DNA of 64,000 nucleotides from Gammaproteobacteria bacterium (GCA_965277715.1 OZ255836.1:128001-192000); one strand, 5' to 3'; shown: positions 39,638 through 51,215, counted from the stretch's first letter. Translations and numbers: made by a program. The notes: a model not told the origin generated them from the sequence alone.

Positions 39638-42600
39638 CATCAGTGTTTCAAAATTCCTGGCTGTCGAGGTTTTAAATGCCTCACTAAGCTATGCATAATA
39701 GTTCTAAGGGACTTTCTTGTCATTATTGCATTTTGCAGAGAGCGGATGGTGAATGAGCATATACGGGTAATTCTAGCGTAAAAAAACAATGGATTAACAA
39801 AGCCGCCTTTTTTCTGGGCAATTTGTTGTCTCTTATCAAGCATTTTAGTGTATTTTTTATCAGATGGATGAATACATTCCAGGTTCTTTGTTTTTGATGT
39901 TTCTTCAAAAATACGCATGATATTATAGGCCATGGCAGTAAAACGCATTTGACTGTTCAGCGCATTCAGGTTTGAAGACCAGGCTTTTCTTTCGGTGAAA
40001 TCACTTTTACTATTGTTGAATGATTTTTCTATCGTCCAACGCTTGTAATAGAGCATAGCAATAGTGCCTTGGTTAATTGACTCTGGTAGCGTTGAAATAA
40101 ATTGATGTAATTGACCTGTTTCTGGGTCGCGGTATTTAACAATATGAAATTGGACCTTTTTATTTTTATATACACTATAGCCTTCAACCCCTGTATTAAT
40201 TTCACTACCCTGGTCATAGGGTATAGAGTTGACAAAAGTTGCAACTGCATTTTCTTTGAGTACTGAAATCATAAAATTCTGATGCTGTTTTTGCTTTTCC
40301 CACCATGCATAATCAGTCACCGCCTTATCGTATATATAGAGGTGCTTTTGCCAAGTCTCTTTTTCGCCACAACGTTGTTCAATATAAGAACGTAACGCGG
40401 GTATTTCCTGGTGCCGTTCAGTACCGTTAGTCACGACACAAAGTGGTCTTAGAAGTCCATTTCTGAGGTTCAAGGCATGAATAAAGCCTGCTGCGAAGAC
40501 GTTGCCCTGACGATTTTTCTCTGTGTGACAAGCATGCTGTATAAAATGACCATCAGCTGCTTCTACTCGATATTCTTCAAGTTCAGGAAATTGTTTTAAA
40601 TAATCAATGTCCAAAGAAGATAATTTCTCACTTTGCAGTTGATAGCTTTGCTTTTCCATGGCTTCCATCATCTTCATCCGTCTTGTCGACTTTAATGCGT
40701 TAAAATAGCTTGAATGACAAATTGTCTCGTCGTATATTTCATCCGTAACCTGTAGATAGTCCCCCTGTGTCAGGGTAGTTGTCCCCCTCCCTAAATTGGG
40801 ATTCAATAAGTTATTACAGGAGGCAAAGAGAGAGATATGGGTTATCCAATAGAAAGAAAGGCCGCTGTTTTAAAGAAGATGCTGCCGCCGAACAATCAGA
40901 CAATTTCCCGGTTAGCCAAAGAAGAAGGCATTGCACAAGGTACGCTTTATAGTTGGCGAGCCCAAGCAAGAGCGAAAGGCGAACTCATGCCAGATGGCGA
41001 TTTGACACCAGCAGGTTGGGGTTCTTCGGATAAGTTTGCAGCGGTACTGGAAAGTGCGTCATTAAGCGAAACAGACCTTTCAGCTTATTGCCGTCATCGT
41101 GGTTTGTACCCTGATCAGATTAAGGCGTGGCGAATGGCTTGTGAACAAGCCAATGACTGGGATCGCGCCCAAACGAAGCGTTTACAAACCAGTCGTAGAG
41201 AAGCGGATAGACGTATTAAACGTCTCGAACAAGAACTGCACCGAAAGGAGAAAGCGTTAGCCGAAACAGCCGCTTTGCTGGTGCTTAGAAAAAAGGCCCA
41301 AGCGATCTGGGGGGAGGTAGAGGACGAATGACCTGCCATTCAGATCGCCAAAATAGTATCCGTTTAATCAAAGAGGCCGTTGTCGCTGGCGCTACATTAA
41401 GCAAAGCTTGCAAAGTGCTTGAATTACACCCTAAGACGTACCGACGCTGGGCAAACGCGGGTACTGTCCGCGCTGATGGCAGACCCAGCGCTCATCGACA
41501 GGCGCCTGGTAATAAGTTCACAGCAGAAGAGCGGGCATTGATCGTCACCACTTGTAATGAAGCGAAATACCAAGCGCTACCCCCCTCGCAAATTGTGCCC
41601 AAATTGGCGGATGAAGGTGTGTATATTGGATCAGAGTCAAGCTTCTATCGGGTGTTAAAGTCGGAAAACCAACTGCAGCGGCGAGGTAAGGCGGCGGCGC
41701 CTAAAAAACGGCACAAACCTAACAGCTACCTGGCATCAAGGCCAAACGAGGTGTGGTCTTGGGATATTACCTTTTTGAAATCGAACATAACCGGGTGGTT
41801 TTACCGGCTTTATATGATGATGGATATTTACAGTCGTAAAATTGTTGCCTGGGAAGTACATGACAGTGAATCGGCTGATCTGGCAGCGGCGCTGATCCAG
41901 CGTGCCTGTTTAGCGGAGGGATGCAGCCAGAGTCAATTGGTATTACACGCGGATAATGGTGGCCCGATGAAAGGTGCTACCATGTTAGCAAAACTGCAAT
42001 GGTTGGGTGTGATACCTTCGTTTAGCAGGCCATCGGTAAGCGATGATAACCCTTATTCAGAAAGCCTGTTTAGAACCTTAAAATACACGCCTGCCTATCC
42101 GTCAAAGCCATTTGATAGTTTAGCCTCTGCCCGAAACTGGGTGCATGGATTTGTGCAATGGTACAACGACTCTCATTGCCATAGCGGCATTGGGTTTGTG
42201 ACACCAACCTCACGTCATAAAGGCGAAGACCACGCGATACTGGCAGCCAGAAAAGCAGTTTATGAACAAGCAAAGGCCAAACACCCTGAACGCTGGAGTC
42301 AGGATATTAAACACCTCGAACCGGTATCGGGGGTGTGGTTAAACCCGGAAAAGGAAGGCTTGGTTATGAGACAAAAGCACAATGGAATTGAAGAGCAAGT
42401 AGCATAGTAAAACGGACAACTACCTTGACAAACACCGTAGTGACGACCACTATGTACAAGACTTATACAGCGAAGTAACCCATGGCGAGAAAAAGCTACG
42501 TCATCAATGGCATCGCATGATCTTTTCCATAAAGGGAAGCGTTCAGCAGCAATTGCTTTTTCCATACTTATTTTACAGTGTTCGGTGATATATTCTTCAA

Positions 42601-42858
42601 CGGTCATCATTTCGTTCATATTCAATTTGCCCATTTAATCAGATATTAAATGGGTATTTTAAAAAAAATTCTGCTGGTGAATGCAAGTGTTTTTTTGGAT
42701 AATTTTATTTATTTTATGAATTATAAAGCGTGTTATCGGTTTATAAAAAAACAGTACAAATATTATAAAAAATACTATTTGTAGCTTATGGCGGCTCTTT
42801 TCAGGTGTTATTCATTGCGTTATTAGCTTCCTGGTAGGATTCTAGTGGTACACCCATG
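39638..42858 (-). mobile_element. IS4-like DDE element interrupted by an IS3 element
   Basis: 8-bp target duplication TAGAAAAA (39630-39637 / 42859-42866); imperfect ends CATCAGTGT / CATGGGTGT; transposase split into 42438-42634 and 39640-40760 (ADGH, YDKA, YYKRWTIEK). Confidence 0.88.
40761..42437 (+). mobile_element. IS3-family element (orfA 40837..41331, orfB 41328..42407)
   Basis: IRs TGTCAGGGTAGTTGTCC / GGACAACTACCTTGACA, 4-bp duplication TAGT, A6G slippery site ~41289, integrase motifs WSWDIT, HADNG, DNPYSESLF. Confidence 0.92.
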
Positions 42859-42923
42859 TAGAAAAATGGAATATTCTTGACGTGGCCGTGATTAGGCGAA
42901 AACCGTCTCTTGGATATATTGAG

Positions 42924-42951
42924 TTGAAAACATCGTGTAAATTGCTACACT
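42924..42951 (+). promoter_or_regulatory. Probable sigma70 promoter for the tracrRNA
   Basis: TTGAAA-16 nt-TACACT with extended TG, 7 nt before the anti-repeat. Confidence 0.55.
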
Positions 42952-42958
42952 TATAACC

Positions 42959-43089
42959 AGTATAACCAAGCGACGGTTTCCTACTTATCACAGTAAGACA
43001 GATTCTGTCGTGGGCTCTGCACGTTAGTGCAACCCGCCAGTGCCGAGGCACAACCAGTAGAGAACCCCATCTGATCAATGGGGTTTTTT
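42959..43089 (+). ncRNA. tracrRNA
   Basis: AGTATAACCAAGCGACGgtttcctacttATCACAGt is complementary to the CRISPR repeat; followed by a GACAGA/TCTGTC hairpin and the terminator AACCCCAT..ATGGGGTT-TTTT. Confidence 0.85.
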
Positions 43090-43375
43090 ATTTTCTGATG
43101 CCGATAAAATTATTATTTAGGCTTGATATCAAAAGCGTGCTTGTTGTACGCATCAGCTCTCTATCGACCTCACTCGGTGCGACTGTCCTGCAACTTCGCC
43201 GCGTGCATGGAAAACGCCCGAAACTCGAAGGTACGCGCCTATCGATGCGGTCTTCGCGTGGCGATAGGCCAGTGTCGCGGCGGAATAAACGCTCCAATTG
43301 ATGCTGTGATCGGTTAACGCAGCGGCGACGGTGGGGATGGGTAAGAGGGTGTTCCAAATGGCGCTTCATTATCAC
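43088..43375 (-). pseudogene. AraC/GlxA-family regulator fragment
   Basis: MKRHLEHPL...SQHQLERLFRRDTGLSP, frameshifted. Confidence 0.45.
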
Positions 43376-43424
43376 AATAGCTTTGCGCCAACTATCGGAG
43401 ATAGGTACTTTCTACTCTTTCTAC

Positions 43425-43784
43425 GTAAGCGCCAATATATGGGCGTACTACCCGTTTGACAGTTGGGTTCGGATAATAAAAGCCTTATCCATTGAAGGCA
43501 CCTATGAATTCATCAATAATGCCATTTAATCAATCGTCCAGTAAGCAAGTTTTTTGGCAGAAACATCTTCAAGACCAGCGTGAATCAGGCCTAAGTCAGC
43601 ACAGTTATTGCCAAGCTCACAACCTGAAAGCCCATCAATTTTCGTATTGGAAGAAGGCGAATTATTTAATGAAGCCGAGGCATTAAGTGAAACGGATGGG
43701 GGGATAACGGCGTTTGATGAGTTACAAGGTAATACAACATCGACAAAACGTAAAGATCGCAAAGAACTTGAAATGGGCGCTTAC
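43425..43784 (+). mobile_element. Internally deleted IS66-family element
   Basis: TIRs GTAAGCGCC / GGCGCTTAC; TnpA-like FWQKHLQDQRESGLSQHSYC fused to TnpC-like LFNEAE fragment. Confidence 0.7.
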
Positions 43785-43879
43785 ATTTATGGTGGCCAGG
43801 TTAATAGATTTAGGTCGCCCACAAAATCTCCACAAATTTCCCAGATAATTCTTCATCTGAATTTCGTAGGTATCACTAA

Positions 43880-45058
43880 ATGAATAGAAGAGATTTCACC
43901 CGCATGTGCGCCATTTTGGGAATAGGAGCACCCATTATTGGTTGCGGTAGTTCGCCTAGCACTACTAATACACCCAGCACGCAAAGCTTTAACACCAACG
44001 CTGGGCCTGTGTTGATTATTGGTGCTGGCGCCGCAGGCATGTCTGCCGGTTATTTACTTGGGCAGCGCGGTATTGAGTATCAAATTCTAGAGGCCAGCTC
44101 AGTGGTGGGTGGTCGTATGCGCGTAAATGAATCCTTTACTGATTTTCCTATTCCATTAGGAGGCGAATGGATTCATAGTCAAGTTAGCATTCTGGAAGAG
44201 GCTGTTAATAACAGTAGTGTTTCTATTACTACACAAACTCAAGGCTATTCGCCTAGTGATATGGGTGGTGTGTGGAATGGTAGCAGTTTTGAAACCTATA
44301 CCATTGGTGCCTATAGTGATCTGAAGTTTGTCGGCTCGTCCTGGTTTAACTTTTTTGAAGAGTACATATTGCCCACTGTGCAAAACAATATTTTGTTTGA
44401 TTCGGTCGTATCCAATATCAATTACTCTGGCAATTCGGTCACCGTCACCACCGCTGCTGGTCCTATATATACAGGCTCCCGTGTGATTGTTGCTGTACCA
44501 CTTAAAATTTTGCAGGAAGGCGATATTACTTTCACCCCCGCCTTGCCTGCTAACAAAACCAACGCCATTTCACAGACGCTGGTATGGCCAGGTTTAAAAG
44601 CGTTCTTTGAATTCTCTGGCGAGTTCTATCCAACCTTTATCAGTTTTACTGATACTGATGGAAGCAATGGTGAGCGTATTTATTACGATGCTGCCTATGC
44701 ACAAACCTCTGATAGAAACATATTGGGTTTTTTTACGGTAGGTACTGCTGCCGACCCCTACATCAATATGACAGCTGATGAGTTGCGAGATAACTTGTTG
44801 GCAGAGCTAGATACTATTTTTGACGGTGCAGCCAGTGCTAACTTCGTGCAGTTTTTACACCAGAACTGGCAACAGCAACCCTATGCTCAAGCTGCCTATG
44901 TGCAAGATTTTGAAGGTTCAGGTCGAATGACTACATTGGGGCAACCGGTGAATAACATAATGTATTTTGCTGGCGATGCTTATTTTGATGGCAGTGATTG
45001 GTCTAGTGTTCATGTGGCGGTAAGATCCGCCCGACGCGCAGTAGACGCTTTCACCTGA
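43880..45058 (+). CDS. Flavin-dependent amine oxidase family, Tat/lipoprotein signal
   Basis: MNRRDF twin-Arg, lipobox-like IIGC, IIGAGAAG, EASSVVGGR, LGGEWIH, YFAGDA. Confidence 0.85.
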   Translation: MNRRDFTRMCAILGIGAPIIGCGSSPSTTNTPSTQSFNTNAGPVLIIGAGAAGMSAGYLLGQRGIEYQILEASSVVGGRMRVNESFTDFPIPLGGEWIHSQVSILEEAVNNSSVSITTQTQGYSPSDMGGVWNGSSFETYTIGAYSDLKFVGSSWFNFFEEYILPTVQNNILFDSVVSNINYSGNSVTVTTAAGPIYTGSRVIVAVPLKILQEGDITFTPALPANKTNAISQTLVWPGLKAFFEFSGEFYPTFISFTDTDGSNGERIYYDAAYAQTSDRNILGFFTVGTAADPYINMTADELRDNLLAELDTIFDGAASANFVQFLHQNWQQQPYAQAAYVQDFEGSGRMTTLGQPVNNIMYFAGDAYFDGSDWSSVHVAVRSARRAVDAFT

Positions 45059-45377
45059 GTTAAACCGGTTTAGGCGGCATGAAAAAATGACCCAAAAACG
45101 CGTATTGATGATTTATAAAACCTGCTCTCTTACCCGCAGTGTTAGCAATGTCAATTGCATCTGGTCTCTGGGTATACCGATCAACTCCCCGCTCCGCTTT
45201 GTAGCACCTCTGTTAGCCTATCATGGAATCAGTGATGGATTATTCATAGAAAGTGGTGTAGCTTTGTTCATAGCGTACTCACGTTGAGATAGTTGTTGAT
45301 AAGTAAATTTCAACAAAGTACGTTATTTTTTTTATTATCATTCACCCGATTCGAATATAGCTCAAGCACTTCACTAC

Positions 45378-46094
45378 ATGTCTTCGCTTGAAAACTCTCT
45401 ACTATCCAACAAAGTCGCCTTGATCGTTGAAGACGATCCCGACATTCTTCGTATACTTCGACAGTATACCAAGCAGGTAGGCATGCGTGTGCATAGTGCA
45501 GGTGACGGCGAAATGGCACTGAAAATTCACCACATGGCCAAGCCGGATATCATTTTGCTGGATATCGGCATACCCAAATTGGATGGTTTTGAAGTGCTGA
45601 AAGTAATCAATCAGAACACCAAGACGCCCACTATTGTTATTAGCGCTCGTGTCGAAGACGAAGACAAGCTGCTTGGCCTGGGTTTAGGTGCCGATGACTA
45701 TGTTGTAAAGCCGTTTAACCCGCAAGAAGTTATGGCGCGCATAGAAGCGGTCTTGAGAAGAACAGAACCCAAAAATAAACCCAAACTATTAAGATTTGGG
45801 GATTTGTGCGTTGATTTAAATACGGGTGAAGCCTCAGTGGAAAAGGACTCAGGTATGCAAGCTATCAATTTAACACCCAGTGAGTTCCTGTTGTTGACCA
45901 AGTTAATGGCAGCGCCCAATAAAACACATAGTCGATTAGAGCTGATTGAAACTTGCTTTCTTGACAGCGATGCGCTGGTCAGAACCATTGATAGCCACTT
46001 AAGCCATCTACGCAAAAAGCTGTCTGTTGCTGGAGCTGGCAATTGCCTAACCGTGGTGCGCGGTCTGGGTTATCGGCTGCAAGGCGTGGAATAG
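45378..46094 (+). CDS. OmpR-family response regulator (AdeR/BaeR-like)
   Basis: VEDD, LLDIGIP, GADDYVVKPF, winged helix RTIDSHLSHLRKKL. Confidence 0.92.
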   Translation: MSSLENSLLSNKVALIVEDDPDILRILRQYTKQVGMRVHSAGDGEMALKIHHMAKPDIILLDIGIPKLDGFEVLKVINQNTKTPTIVISARVEDEDKLLGLGLGADDYVVKPFNPQEVMARIEAVLRRTEPKNKPKLLRFGDLCVDLNTGEASVEKDSGMQAINLTPSEFLLLTKLMAAPNKTHSRLELIETCFLDSDALVRTIDSHLSHLRKKLSVAGAGNCLTVVRGLGYRLQGVE

Positions 46095-46113
46095 AGTCAA
46101 GGGCTGCAAAAAA

Positions 46114-47355
46114 GTGTATCAGCCCAGGTCCAGATCATCTTTGCGGCGCCAGTTAACGCTGACAATCTGTGCTTTTTTTTTTGACATCAGTAACTTTAAT
46201 TATTGGTGGCACATATATTTATGTATATTTGGGCTTTTCACGATTTATAGACTCGCTTTCTCCGGAAGCACAAGACGCGTACTACACCAACTGGACTGAA
46301 GAAGGCCTACCCGCACCGTATCTGGTGGATGAGATCAGTATTGCTGAAGAGACTATGTTGAATCCAATATATGAAAACGAGTTGACGGTGGCGTTACTAC
46401 TGACGGTGATTACTTTTTGTTTGGTAGTGGTCATCGCACCCGTGGTTGCGCGAAGACTTACCCAGCCACTGGAACAGGCAGCAGCTTCTGCACAGGAAAT
46501 CGCCGATGGTAATTTTGATCACCGTATAGAGCTGTCATCACATAGGAGTGCTGAAGTGTCATCACTTAATGAAAGCTTTACAGCGATGGCAGCTTCACTT
46601 CAGAAAAAAATGCTGAAGTGAAATATGGCACAGCCTCTGTCGCTCATGAGCTGCGCACACCTATGACAATCGTGCAAGGTTATCTGCAGGGTATCCGCGA
46701 TGGCATTTTTACCGCCGACGAAGCGCAACTGGATTTAATGCTCAAACAGATGGATAGCTTGGGAAATTTGGTAGATGATTTGAAAACCATCTCGCTGGCA
46801 GATTCGGGGCAGCTTAAATTGAATCTGGAATCTGTCAATTTGGCTGACATCGCTCAGCAGACCGTGGAAATCATTCGGCCAGAGTATCCAGACATTGATA
46901 TTCGCTTTGACAGCAATGATCATGCTGAATTTATCACCCGCTGCGACTCTGATCGTGTCAAACAACTGTTGATGGGGCTTATCAATAATTCTGCCCGCTA
47001 TGGTGGCACTGAGGTACTAATTAGCTTAGCTAATTTTGGTGATGGAGACATCCACCTATCTGTCGCAGATAACGGTCCCGGTTTTAGTGATCAAGCACTA
47101 CAAAGAGGCACCGAGCGCTTTTGGCGCGATGAAGGCTCTCGTTCCAGGGATATGGGCGGATCTGGTTTTGGGTTAGCTATTGCAGATGCGGTGATGATCG
47201 CACATAGAGGGAGCCTGCAGTTAATGAACACAGCGACGCAAAAACATGGCGCTATTGTTCATTGCAGTTTTAATGGCGTGCTGCGTTTAAAGGTTTCTTA
47301 TAGCTTTCACTCCGCTGATAGGTACAGGTACGGTAGGCGCGGCTGCCGTGCCTGA
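46114..47355 (+). pseudogene. Sensor histidine kinase with two homopolymer frameshifts
   Basis: Pieces 46114.., 46169..46621 (TM/HAMP) and 46618..47355 (AHELRTP, DNGPG, GSGFGL); breaks at T and A runs near 46173-46182 and 46604-46610. Confidence 0.8.
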
Positions 47356-47849
47356 TTTAGCCATTAATAAATTCAATCGTACCTCCTTTCCCTCCGTTTC
47401 TTCCCTAAATTCCGTATAATCTCATTGGCTTGCTTTAGCATATTGGTCGACCAGTTTATCTTGAGACAAAAAAATTATCGAGCTAAATCAAAATTTCCAG
47501 CTAAGAAATACCCTACAGCTACGAATTCTGGATAACCACCCTATCGTCTAACCCCGCTCTTTGATTAAAAGAACGATTACAATTGAATGACATTCTGCGC
47601 TCAAAATATTATCCTTTTACTTACGGTGTTGCTCTAACGACTATCAGTGAGTACAAAGAATCCATAAAAACTATTGAGATAGCTGTTTATTATGAAAGCC
47701 AGCAATGTAATAGGTCTGTACAACGTGCCATCTAAATGTATAACAAAAGTGTTATGTTCGCCCGCAAAAAGCGCGGGCTGGGATGGTTTACGCTATCGCT
47801 CCAGCCGCCCCATACTGGCGTTAGGCGATACCGTTACTAAGGAGCAGCA

Positions 47850-48194
47850 GTGAAAGTTCACTACTTGGAAATTGTTTCTCATGATGTCGAGGCAGTGTGC
47901 AAGTCATATGAAATAGCCAATTCTGTCAGTTTTAACGAACCAGATGAATTTCTCGGTGGAACTAGAACATGCGCTTTAGCCGATGGTTCAGTCGTCGGTG
48001 TAAGAGCGCCACTACGGGATACCGAGGAACCCGTGGTTCGGCCTTATTGGCTAGTTGACGACATTGAGAAAGCCGTAGCTAAGATAGAGGCAGAGGGAGC
48101 ACAAATAGCCGTACCACCGATGGAAATTCCAGGGAAAGGAAAATTTGCAATTTATGTTCTTGGGTCTAACGATCATGGACTCTGGCAACTATGA
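47850..48194 (+). CDS. VOC/glyoxalase family protein (gene cassette)
   Basis: VHYLEIV, PYWLVDDIEKAV, GAQIAVPPMEIPGKGKFA. Confidence 0.8.
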   Translation: MKVHYLEIVSHDVEAVCKSYEIANSVSFNEPDEFLGGTRTCALADGSVVGVRAPLRDTEEPVVRPYWLVDDIEKAVAKIEAEGAQIAVPPMEIPGKGKFAIYVLGSNDHGLWQL

Positions 48195-48301
48195 GCTTGT
48201 ATCGCCTAACAAGCGCATGCAGTCGGACAGCCAAACCGCTACGCGCTTTGTCCGCCGCTGATGCGAAGCGTTATGGTTGTAAAAAAGCACCGATATTTAA
48301 T

Positions 48302-48955
48302 ATGAACTTAAAAGAACAGTTGAAAGCCAAACGTACCGAATCTGAATCTGGTCGTGACAAGATTCAAGTCGACACAATGAGAGATGCTACCGAACGGCTT
48401 ATAAGAGAAGGAATTGAAAAAAATGCATTAGGTGTCGGAGATAAAATTCCTTCATTCCAGTTGCCAAATATTCATGGGCAATCGGTCGAGATACGTGACT
48501 TGCTTGTAAGTGGCCCACACATTCTGATATTTTATCGAGGTAGTTGGTGCCCTTACTGTAATTTGGAATTAAGAGCCTACCAGAAAAAATTGGCAACAAT
48601 TAAGTCACTTGGCGCTCAAATCGTTGCAATCTCACCAGAACTGCCAGATAGCTCCCTTTCCAATGCAGAAAAACTTGCCTTGGACTTTGAAGTGCTCAGT
48701 GATATTGGTAATGAGGTTGCAAGAGAGTTTGGGTTAGTATTTAAAGTGCCAAATGACTTAGCAGAGATTTATAAGCAGCTAAACAGTGATATTACAAAAT
48801 ATAACGGAGATAACAGTTGGGAGCTTCCAATACCAGCGACTTATGTTGTTGACCCCGACGGAATAATTACCTTTTCATTTGTTAATGCCGACTACTTGAC
48901 GCGGGCTGATCCACAACAAGTAATTTCGGCGCTCACTGAGTTGTCAGCGAAATAG
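48302..48955 (+). CDS. Peroxiredoxin-like AhpC/TSA family protein (gene cassette)
   Basis: FYRGSWCPYCNLEL, LPIPATYVVD; true start MNLKEQ after the attC. Confidence 0.85.
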   Translation: MNLKEQLKAKRTESESGRDKIQVDTMRDATERLIREGIEKNALGVGDKIPSFQLPNIHGQSVEIRDLLVSGPHILIFYRGSWCPYCNLELRAYQKKLATIKSLGAQIVAISPELPDSSLSNAEKLALDFEVLSDIGNEVAREFGLVFKVPNDLAEIYKQLNSDITKYNGDNSWELPIPATYVVDPDGIITFSFVNADYLTRADPQQVISALTELSAK

Positions 48956-49049
48956 TGAAAGTCCATGAGCTATAACAAAGTATTTCACACGGATTTACTC
49001 GCTGTTCTCGCTCTCCGGTGAATGTAGTGTTATGTTTCAAAAGGTTAAT

Positions 49050-49514
49050 ATGGTTACATTAAAAGTAGATCGAGATAGTGTTCACGCTGGAGATGATATG
49101 TCATCACATGAAATATCTATAGACGTGACCGAAGGTATGAGTATCAAAGAACTTTTAATCTTTGCAGTACAAAAATGTGTTTTACCTGATATTTCTGGTG
49201 GTATGGGTATGTGGTTTACTTATGTAGAATCAGAACTAAAAAAATATCTTGGTGTACTTGCTCAACAATGGAAAAATACCAAGCTTCTTGTAAACTCCGC
49301 CACTACGGTAGGGGTAATATATTCAAAAGAGCAAATCAAGCTAATTTTTCGCTACTGGTGCCAGGTAGGCCCAGATCTAGTTTTTAAATCATTAGCTAAC
49401 AATACTGTTAAATACATTCCAACCGAAAAAAGCGCGACTTCCATTGGGCTGGCTACGCGTTGCTTCGCCAGCCGTTTACAGTGGTGTTATGCGGTAGCGA
49501 TATTCCAGCATTAA
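49050..49514 (+). CDS. Hypothetical cassette protein (ORF reads through its attC)
   Basis: VDRDSVHAGDD N-terminus; lies between two attC sites. Confidence 0.5.
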   Translation: MVTLKVDRDSVHAGDDMSSHEISIDVTEGMSIKELLIFAVQKCVLPDISGGMGMWFTYVESELKKYLGVLAQQWKNTKLLVNSATTVGVIYSKEQIKLIFRYWCQVGPDLVFKSLANNTVKYIPTEKSATSIGLATRCFASRLQWCYAVAIFQH

Positions 49515-49549
49515 CCATCGATACTGAATTTAATTCCGGGTAATTCGAA

Positions 49550-51157
49550 ATGTCTGACAAACCAAACGTTATTTTGATACTTGTGGATGACATGGGGTTT
49601 GCAGACCTCGGGATCACAGGTTCAGAAATCCGTACACCAAACATCGATCATCTTGCTGGGAATGGTGCCTTACTGACAGCGATGTATAACTGTGCCCGTT
49701 GCTGCCCAACGCGCGCCTCACTGCTGACCGGGTTGTACCCGCATAACGCCGGTGTCGGCCATATGGGCGCAAACCTCGGAACACCGGCCTACCAGGGCTT
49801 TTTACGCAACGACAGCGCCACCATTGCGGAAGTACTGCGCGCATCTGGCTATCGGACAGCAATGTCGGGTAAGTGGCATGTAGCGGGTGACTTCATGGCA
49901 CGCGAGGTCGATAGCTGGCGTGTCGGCGATATCGATCATCCCACTCCCCGGCAACGCGGTTTCGATCGTTTTTACGGCATTGTCGATGGCGTTACCAATT
50001 TCTTCTCACCGCATTTCATTCTGGAGGACGACGACCGGGTCGAAGTCTTTGCCGACGATTTCTATTTTACCGATGCGATTACCGATAAAGCCATCACCAT
50101 GATGGAGGAATCGGTTGCAGACGATCAGCCCTTTTTTCTCTATCTCGCCCATGCGGCGCCACATTGGCCGTTGCACGCACCGGCCGAAGACATCGCCCGC
50201 TATGACGGAGTTTATAACCAGGGCTGGGACGCCGTTCGGACCGCACGCCATGAAGCGTTAAACGGTCGCGCCGTACTGCGCGCCAACTGGGATATTTCAC
50301 CGCGTGACAATGATGTACTTCCATGGGAGGCGATCAAACACAAAGACTGGGAGGCCAGCAAAATGGCTGCCTATGCCGCAATGGTCGATCATATGGATCA
50401 GTCTATTGGTCGACTGCTTAACGCCTTGAAACAAATCGACCAGTATGACGATACGCTAATTCTGTTTCTGTCCGACAATGGCGGCTGCGCCGAATTCATG
50501 GCCGAGGACGGCTGGGCTCAGTTCTATCCCGATACGACACTTGATGGACGGAAGATCACCATGGGTAATATTCCCGGGCTGCACCCCGGTGGAGAGTTAA
50601 CTTACCAAAGTTATGACAAACCCTGGGCGAATGTTTCGAACGCGCCTTTCCGGTTGTTTAAGCACTATGTGCATGAAGGTGGTATTTCGACGCCACTGAT
50701 TGCACACTGGCCGCGCCAAATAGCCGCAGGCCAGGTCGCACACGAACCCTGTCATGTCGTTGATGTGTTACCCACTATATTGCAAGCAACGGGCAGCGAC
50801 TATTTATCCGAGATCGGTGGAAATGCAATTCAACCCTTGCAAGGGGAGTCATTTCTGGATCTCTTGACTGAAAAGAATTGGACGCGTGAACAACCGATAT
50901 TCTTCGAACACGAAGGCAATAGCGCGATTCGTTTCGGCAACTTTAAGCTAGTGCGTAAGCATGAATCTGACTGGGAGCTTTACGACATGGACGCTGATCG
51001 CACTGAGCTGAATAACCTGGCGGGCCGAAATCGTCCACTGGAGTCAGATTTGCTTAAGCAGTATCAGGAATGGGCCGATAAAACGGGCGTGCTAGACTGG
51101 AACACGGTGTTACCGATACTGCTGGAAGCCTGGAATCTTCAAAGTGAAGAAGGGTGA
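49550..51157 (+). CDS. Arylsulfatase
   Basis: KPNVILILVDDMG, CCPTRASLLTG formylglycine motif, GKWH, LSDNG. Confidence 0.93.
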   Translation: MSDKPNVILILVDDMGFADLGITGSEIRTPNIDHLAGNGALLTAMYNCARCCPTRASLLTGLYPHNAGVGHMGANLGTPAYQGFLRNDSATIAEVLRASGYRTAMSGKWHVAGDFMAREVDSWRVGDIDHPTPRQRGFDRFYGIVDGVTNFFSPHFILEDDDRVEVFADDFYFTDAITDKAITMMEESVADDQPFFLYLAHAAPHWPLHAPAEDIARYDGVYNQGWDAVRTARHEALNGRAVLRANWDISPRDNDVLPWEAIKHKDWEASKMAAYAAMVDHMDQSIGRLLNALKQIDQYDDTLILFLSDNGGCAEFMAEDGWAQFYPDTTLDGRKITMGNIPGLHPGGELTYQSYDKPWANVSNAPFRLFKHYVHEGGISTPLIAHWPRQIAAGQVAHEPCHVVDVLPTILQATGSDYLSEIGGNAIQPLQGESFLDLLTEKNWTREQPIFFEHEGNSAIRFGNFKLVRKHESDWELYDMDADRTELNNLAGRNRPLESDLLKQYQEWADKTGVLDWNTVLPILLEAWNLQSEEG

Positions 51158-51215
51158 CTGTTTTTTGCATTTTTCTTTACCTCGATTGTTCTATTTGGTA
51201 TTTGGGTAATCATCG

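Larger units (their letters stand above)
47738..49492 (+). mobile_element. Cluster of attC sites with gene cassettes, no integrase in window (CALIN)
   Basis: Four TAAC...GTTA hairpin sites at 47738-47826, 48204-48276, 48970-49035, 49394-49492, with one ORF between each pair. Confidence 0.75.

Noticed and set aside
45140-45220. Possible reverse-strand attC remnant
   Set aside because: Has GTTAGC motifs but no convincing paired core sites or hairpin.
48191-48301. N-terminal extension of the 254-aa ORF
   Set aside because: It is translated attC sequence; the real start is 48302.
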